Program-made: the position numbers and the translations under genes
Shown here: positions 59,001 through 64,000 of the stretch, in pieces
Layout: every line of letters starts with the position of its first letter
Position numbering within the stretch: position 1 is the first letter of the stretch
Notes under the pieces: generated by a model
Told to the model about the DNA's origin: nothing
The model's database searches: none
What the model saw: the letters and a program-made list of their open reading frames with translations, nothing else
Assembly (NCBI GenBank): GCA_002633005.1
Contig: NMRA01000026.1
Location: 676,434-740,433, forward strand
Reading direction: 5' to 3'
DNA: 64,000 nucleotides
From: Phoronis australis
Lineage: Eukaryota > Animalia > Phoronida

Positions 59001-60308
59001 AACCCGACGTTGTCTGCGACTAACGCAAAGGTGACTATTTAACTCCATTAACTGTGAATCACGTGATCGGCATCAGACAATGCGCCTCCAGTTTCAGTGT
59101 TAAAATGCTTTAATTGCACTCGGATAAATGTACTGTCATATTGAAATACTAAACTAAGGAAGGAACCTAACTACATTACATCGACTGTCCCGACCGCAAT
59201 GCGTTGTTTGGAACAAAAATCGAAAATTAAACGCCGAGTGTTCGACGGTTGACATAAAACTACGCTTTCCCACTGATGTTGTTCGAGCAGGATTCCAAAT
59301 TTCGAAACACGATCAGGACTTGGAATGACCTACGACAAAAAAGAGGAAAAATTTCCGGGTGATGTATCGAGGCTTATGCGGTAGAAATATTGTTGTGTGA
59401 AATTTACCTGAAATAAACGTTTTTGCATGAATGAAGTCAAAATCAAATAAGAAAATCGAAACCAAATAAGAGGAAATTCTCTTAAAAGGGGAAAATTTCA
59501 AGTCCTGCACGTTATCTCAAGAAAGAGTCCACACAGATTTTAACTTTGAGTTTTGTGACAGCATAATGTTTTAATGTGGAAGTCATGCCTCAGATTTTTG
59601 TAAAGCTTTCTCGTGTTTGATTTAAAATCGATAGTTCTGAACATTGAACGTATGTTTGATGAATGATAGTGAAAGAAATTTGCCCTTACAACGAACCTTT
59701 CAAAAAACGACATTTTTACCAAACACACATGGTCACATGATCATGAGAATGACCAAATAGATTTGCCTCGACTTCTAGTTTCAGAAAATGTGTACTTTTA
59801 TGGGTTGATAGTCGCTAGTTGCTTAGACATCCAAGAGGAAAACATTTTAATTAGGCGTACTCGTAGTATCAACCTTGATTTCAGCGAATGTCGGGCAGAC
59901 ATCAGCGAACATGGGCGATTTGTAACAAATTCTCAAAATCACAATGGATTTTATTGTTTCATATCTCTGGTCCAAGCTAATAACTTCAGAAAGTCTACCC
60001 CATTCAGCAATAATCACCGAATTGCGTTTCTCGGCGGCAAAAACGATAATGTCTATTTCAGTGGCATGATGGTGTTGCAGAACAGATGAAGAAATCATTT
60101 CATCCTTTATTCACCAGATAACAGCACTATATTATGTAAAAAGATTGTAATGGCGTTAAATACTTTGCAGATGACCGATGATGAACGGTTTAATACAAAT
60201 ACCCTATAAGTGTCTTCCTAGAATGTATCAACAGGCACAGGTGGGCTTTCGGAAAGCTCGCGCTCACGCGCTTACGTAGGCACCAATCACCACTCAGTTC
60301 AGTGGCCA

Positions 60309-60452
60309 TTACAGGTATAGTTGTGGCACCGTGTACTCTTCTGTGTAGTCATCGAATACAACCCATTCCTCCTCCTCGTCTTCGTGCTCGTCTGTAGCAC
60401 TCGTGAAGATGCTGCTTCTCTGCGACTCCGTTCCGCTGTCCGGTAGCTCCCC
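60309..60452 (-). CDS. Terminal exon of the TPR gene: GELPDSGTESQRSSIFTSATDEHEDEEEEWVVFDDYTEEYTVPQLYL*
   Basis: tttttcaccag acceptor in phase 0, matching the upstream donor; repeats the EEEWxVF(D/E)(D/E)YT motif of the large exon; this frame is not in the ORF track. Confidence 0.75.
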   Translation of the reverse strand, partial: GELPDSGTESQRSSIFTSATDEHEDEEEEWVVFDDYTEEYTVPQLYL

Positions 60453-61026
60453 CTGGTGAAAAAGGTCGATTTAGAAATCCTCGTGTGTTTCACAGTCTGA
60501 TTTCTTAGGAATTGAAAGTCTACTCTATGGCTTTCATTTATTTACTGCAACTTAAACAAATTTTCAGCTATTGAACCATTTTAGTGAAATTTCAATGAAA
60601 TGCGTCGTTTTCGGCTTTAATTACGGGATCGAAACAGAGTGTCAGGCTAAGTCCGGTTGAAGGGAGATCCAAGCTTTCCAAGGATAATGAAACTCGTGTT
60701 TTATTATCGTGTGCATCCCTCATGAAATTTTTGCAGACGTGGGCAAGTGTTATTGGCTGCACTCGATTGGCTCAGCCAGTTTAGCCGGGTCAACCGGCTA
60801 AGACATCTGATTGGTTTGTAAGAAGGAAGACATCTTCTTGAACCAACCAGATGCCTTAGCCGCTTGAACCGGCTGAATGACCCAAGTACAACCAATGTCA
60901 ATATAGAGCTTCATCTCGACACTTCACCACGTTCGTAATTCTCTCTAAGTTTCACCAATGCACTTCGTATTTGGTTAAGTTGGAAAATGAAAATAAAAGA
61001 CAGATCGGAGTGATCACGTAACAAAC

Positions 61027-64000
61027 CTGTGTGAAAGCTGTTGGTACCTCGTCATCTCTTCCACGCAACATTTTCAGGTGAGCAACGTCTGCTATATGAA
61101 CACCAGTAGTGTCCCATTCTCTTGACTCCGTATAATCGGACGGTGTCCTCGCCCAACTATGGTCTAATTGCCGGTTTTCGATGTGGTTTGGTTGAAATAC
61201 TCGGATTTCCTTAATATATTCCGGCAAAGTCTCGTCAACGGTGTATTCCTCAAACACTGTCCATTCTTCTTCGTCCTTTTCGTCCCCGCTGTTTACTACA
61301 GTGTCGTCTAATGCTTCGTGGGAGCTCGAGTCACTGTTACTAGTTCTATCTGTTAGCGTCTCCATTTTCTTATTCTTGTTCTCATCCATACTATCCCAAT
61401 CGACGTCTTGTGAAGTATCAAACCCCTCTTCTTCAGCTAACATCCCTGTTTTCATATATATATAATGTAAAAGGTGGTGACATAAAATTGACCGAGTAAA
61501 TTCAATTTCGTGACTGCAACATGACCACAGAGCCGTGAGATATGTTGGATTGTGTCGCGATGTGTAAAGATAACCAAAGATGGAGGCCGCCTGTTTGTAA
61601 TCACAGATGAGGAGCTGACCAAATGCAGCGATGGAAGACCTGATGGATGGATTCTCTAACTCTTTTGAGCTTTCTTGTACAAGTCGTTCTGCATAAGCAT
61701 GAGCAAACACGATTTCGTTCATATTTACGTAACATAATGTCGCCAAGTAGAAACCCATACTACTAATTGGGATGCGTTGTTCAGGATACATTTTATATTC
61801 CATTTCTACAAACTCTGGCCACGCGCACATCATGTAGTCATTCAGCTGAATATCTTCTGGACCTGACCCTGTCAGGTACTCTAGCTTTTCTACCACTGCA
61901 ATGGCGTCAGCGTATCTGTGGCAGTAACACAAAAAGTTCAAAAACAAAATGGCGCTATAGTTGCTTCTGTCTAGCCGAAAGGCCTTCTCGAATTGTTTTT
62001 CCGCCATTTCTATCAGCTGATCCTTGTCTTTCTCATTTTTTACGTTACAACTTTGACATTGGTAGGTCAATGCCAGCTGTGCAATCGTTGGACCCATTTC
62101 TGATGGTATGTATCCGTGATGTTCTTTGAAGGTGTCCACGGCTTCTTTGTAATAAGAGACAGATTTATCCACTTCACCGCGTGACATGTACAAAGCCGCT
62201 AACTTTTCTAGCGTTTGGGCGATTACTCGGTAGTGTTTCGGCGAATCATACGCGTAGTAATCAAGAAGCGCCTCCGCATTCTCTATGTAAAATTCCCAGC
62301 TTTGATTTTGAAAGTGAATGCTTGCAACGACTTCCAATATTTCTATACGCAGTTGTTCCAATCCGGGAGTTATAAATCTTGACTGTTGGATGATATCCAG
62401 GCTGTGATAGTAATAACTATTCAGTGCCGTCTCATAGTCTTCCTGCATAAGGTAACATTTTCCTAGTGCCAACAGGATCCGAATTATCCAACTGACGTTT
62501 TGCTGAAGAGACGATTCTGCATTTGTAAGGCACACTTTCAAATAGTCCATAGCTTTTGGAAAGACACGTAACTCTCTGAAGGAACACCCAAGGATAAAAG
62601 TGATTTGACCAACTAGCCATTTTCTTTTCATCGGTAACAGATGTTGACGATTAACAAACAGTCGGGTAAAGATCTCGTGCGCTAAAATGCACGGCGAAAG
62701 GACCTTTTGCATATCGTTTAGAATCCAATATGTGATGCCCCATAGAGAATAAATGCAAGCGACTTCGAAATTTGAGGAATTCAAACCAAGCAATGACTGA
62801 TTTAAAACATTTGAGGCACCGAACATGGCTGCTGCCATCCCGTACTTCTTTTGTATGAAGTTTACAACACCAATCATATTCAAAACATGTGCATGGTGAA
62901 CAAGGTCGACAGACGACTGGACTTTTATGAGCTCCATTGACTTTTCGTAATACTTAATAGCTTCGTCATACTCATTGTTCATAAAACAGCAGTCGCCTAA
63001 TTTTATTGTTGACTTCAACAAAAAGTTATCCTCGTCTTGAACATCACCTTTCTCAATCGTCTCCACTACTTTGCTGTAAAATCCAGATGCTTCTTTAGCA
63101 TATACACTATAGGAGCCGCTGTGCCTACTTTCCTCATCAGAAAGGTCAAGGTCGTCGACGGAGCCAACCGTAGAGGCGTTGTCCGAGTCGTAGTCGCACA
63201 ATCCCGTTTCGAAGTCTACTTGGTCCGTAAGAAAGTCTTTGTTAATCTCGTTATGTACAATAGTTATCATATTGTCCATAACCGTTTCGCCATGCCAACG
63301 TTTGCTCATGTATAAATCGCCTAGCTGAAACAGCGTGTCAATCACCTCAATATGGTCGTCTCCGTAGATTTTCTTATATTTGACCAACACCCTCTCCATG
63401 AAACCTATGGCCCCTATTGGATCACCCTGGTCCCTTTTGATTCTTGCCATGTTTTTCAACATCGTGGCAACGTGTTTTTCACTAACTGAGTTGGCCTGAA
63501 CAGTCCGGAAAATGTTAAAACTCCGAATATAAAGAAACAGAGCTTGCATCATTTCTTTCTTCTGCAGTAACATGTCGGCAAGTCTTGAAATGGCGAAAGC
63601 TATAGTAACAGTGACAGCATTACCGGTTATTGGTGGTATTGTCTGGTCTGCTTCTTCCTGAATACTACTTGAAGAGGATAACCTATCTTTTCTGTACTTG
63701 TCTCTCAACTGTGCAAGTCTCTTTTTGTGATCTTCCGCATCATCTGGAAGTAAGCTAGGAACACTTGACCGCTTTTCTTCACCTGAAACGCGAGATTCTG
63801 TGGAAGACGTCTTGAAATCACGAAATGAGTGTGTGCGCGCAATACCAGTGCAACGCTTGCTTGTTCGAAAAGAGAAGGCCCTTCTTAAAGAGCTTGACGA
63901 TCTGCATGGTTGTATATTTGCGTCATCACACGTGATGCTGTCTTGGTGCAAAATGACTGATCTTGGACGGCTTCGTGGAGCACGTGAACTGCTCTCCTCA
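61027..64000 (-). CDS. Large (about 3 kb) exon of a TPR-repeat protein; the frame stays open past the window edge; splice donor cag|gtttgt after ...AFTQ
   Basis: 999-aa ORF with TPR-like repeats (LGDCCFMNNEYDEAIKYYEKSM, LGKCYLMQEDYETAL, LAALYMSRGEVDKSVSYYKEA); no stop between 63951 and 64000. Confidence 0.88.

Noticed and set aside
52400-60300. Additional protein-coding gene between FOCAD and the TPR gene
   Set aside because: Only short ORFs without recognisable domains or a consistent exon chain were found, apart from TE remnants; a small gene or lncRNA cannot be excluded without RNA data.
60299-60493. 64-aa ORF MKHTRISK... as the TPR gene's last exon
   Set aside because: It is in the wrong frame; the frame starting at acceptor 60452 matches the donor phase and repeats the acidic WxxF motif.
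60952-61026. Hydrophobic tail VCYVITPICLLFSF as a transmembrane anchor of the TPR protein
   Set aside because: It begins exactly at a cag|gtttgt donor and is probably intron read-through; an unspliced isoform cannot be fully excluded.

Overview
This is AT-rich, intron-rich, repeat-rich animal genomic DNA, most likely from an invertebrate bilaterian (the species cannot be determined); it is not prokaryotic. (1) A focadhesin (FOCAD/KIAA1797) orthologue on the + strand can be reconstructed as about 30 phase-consistent exons from 495 to the stop at 52360. Its 5' end lies upstream of the window, about 85 codons are probably lost in the N gap at 47060-47744, and one intron is GC-AG. (2) Two intronless, paralogous class-A GPCR genes (FMRFamide/peptide-receptor-like) are nested antisense and in tandem inside one FOCAD intron (25553-26635, 28498-29511). 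(3) A ~1.5 kb tandem duplication carries two copies of a FOCAD exon, joined at a single N plus a transposon end; it is most likely two uncollapsed haplotypes. (4) A large minus-strand TPR-repeat gene (exons 61027->64000 and 60309-60452) carries two acidic WxxF motifs in its tail. (5) There are many mobile elements: a decayed mariner, a 2.4 kb TA-targeting TIR element, Harbinger-like and Tc1-like MITEs, a Helentron-like element with a co-oriented array of CTCF-like motifs, Kolobok-like remnants, a LINE 3' end, tRNA-derived SINE heads and two ~30 bp hairpin insertions with 7-bp target duplications. I cannot prove any wholly new system. The best leads are the nested GPCR pair, the TPR/WxxF protein, the micro-transposons and the CTCF-motif array. 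Protein comparisons rely on recalled family sequences, not on database searches.
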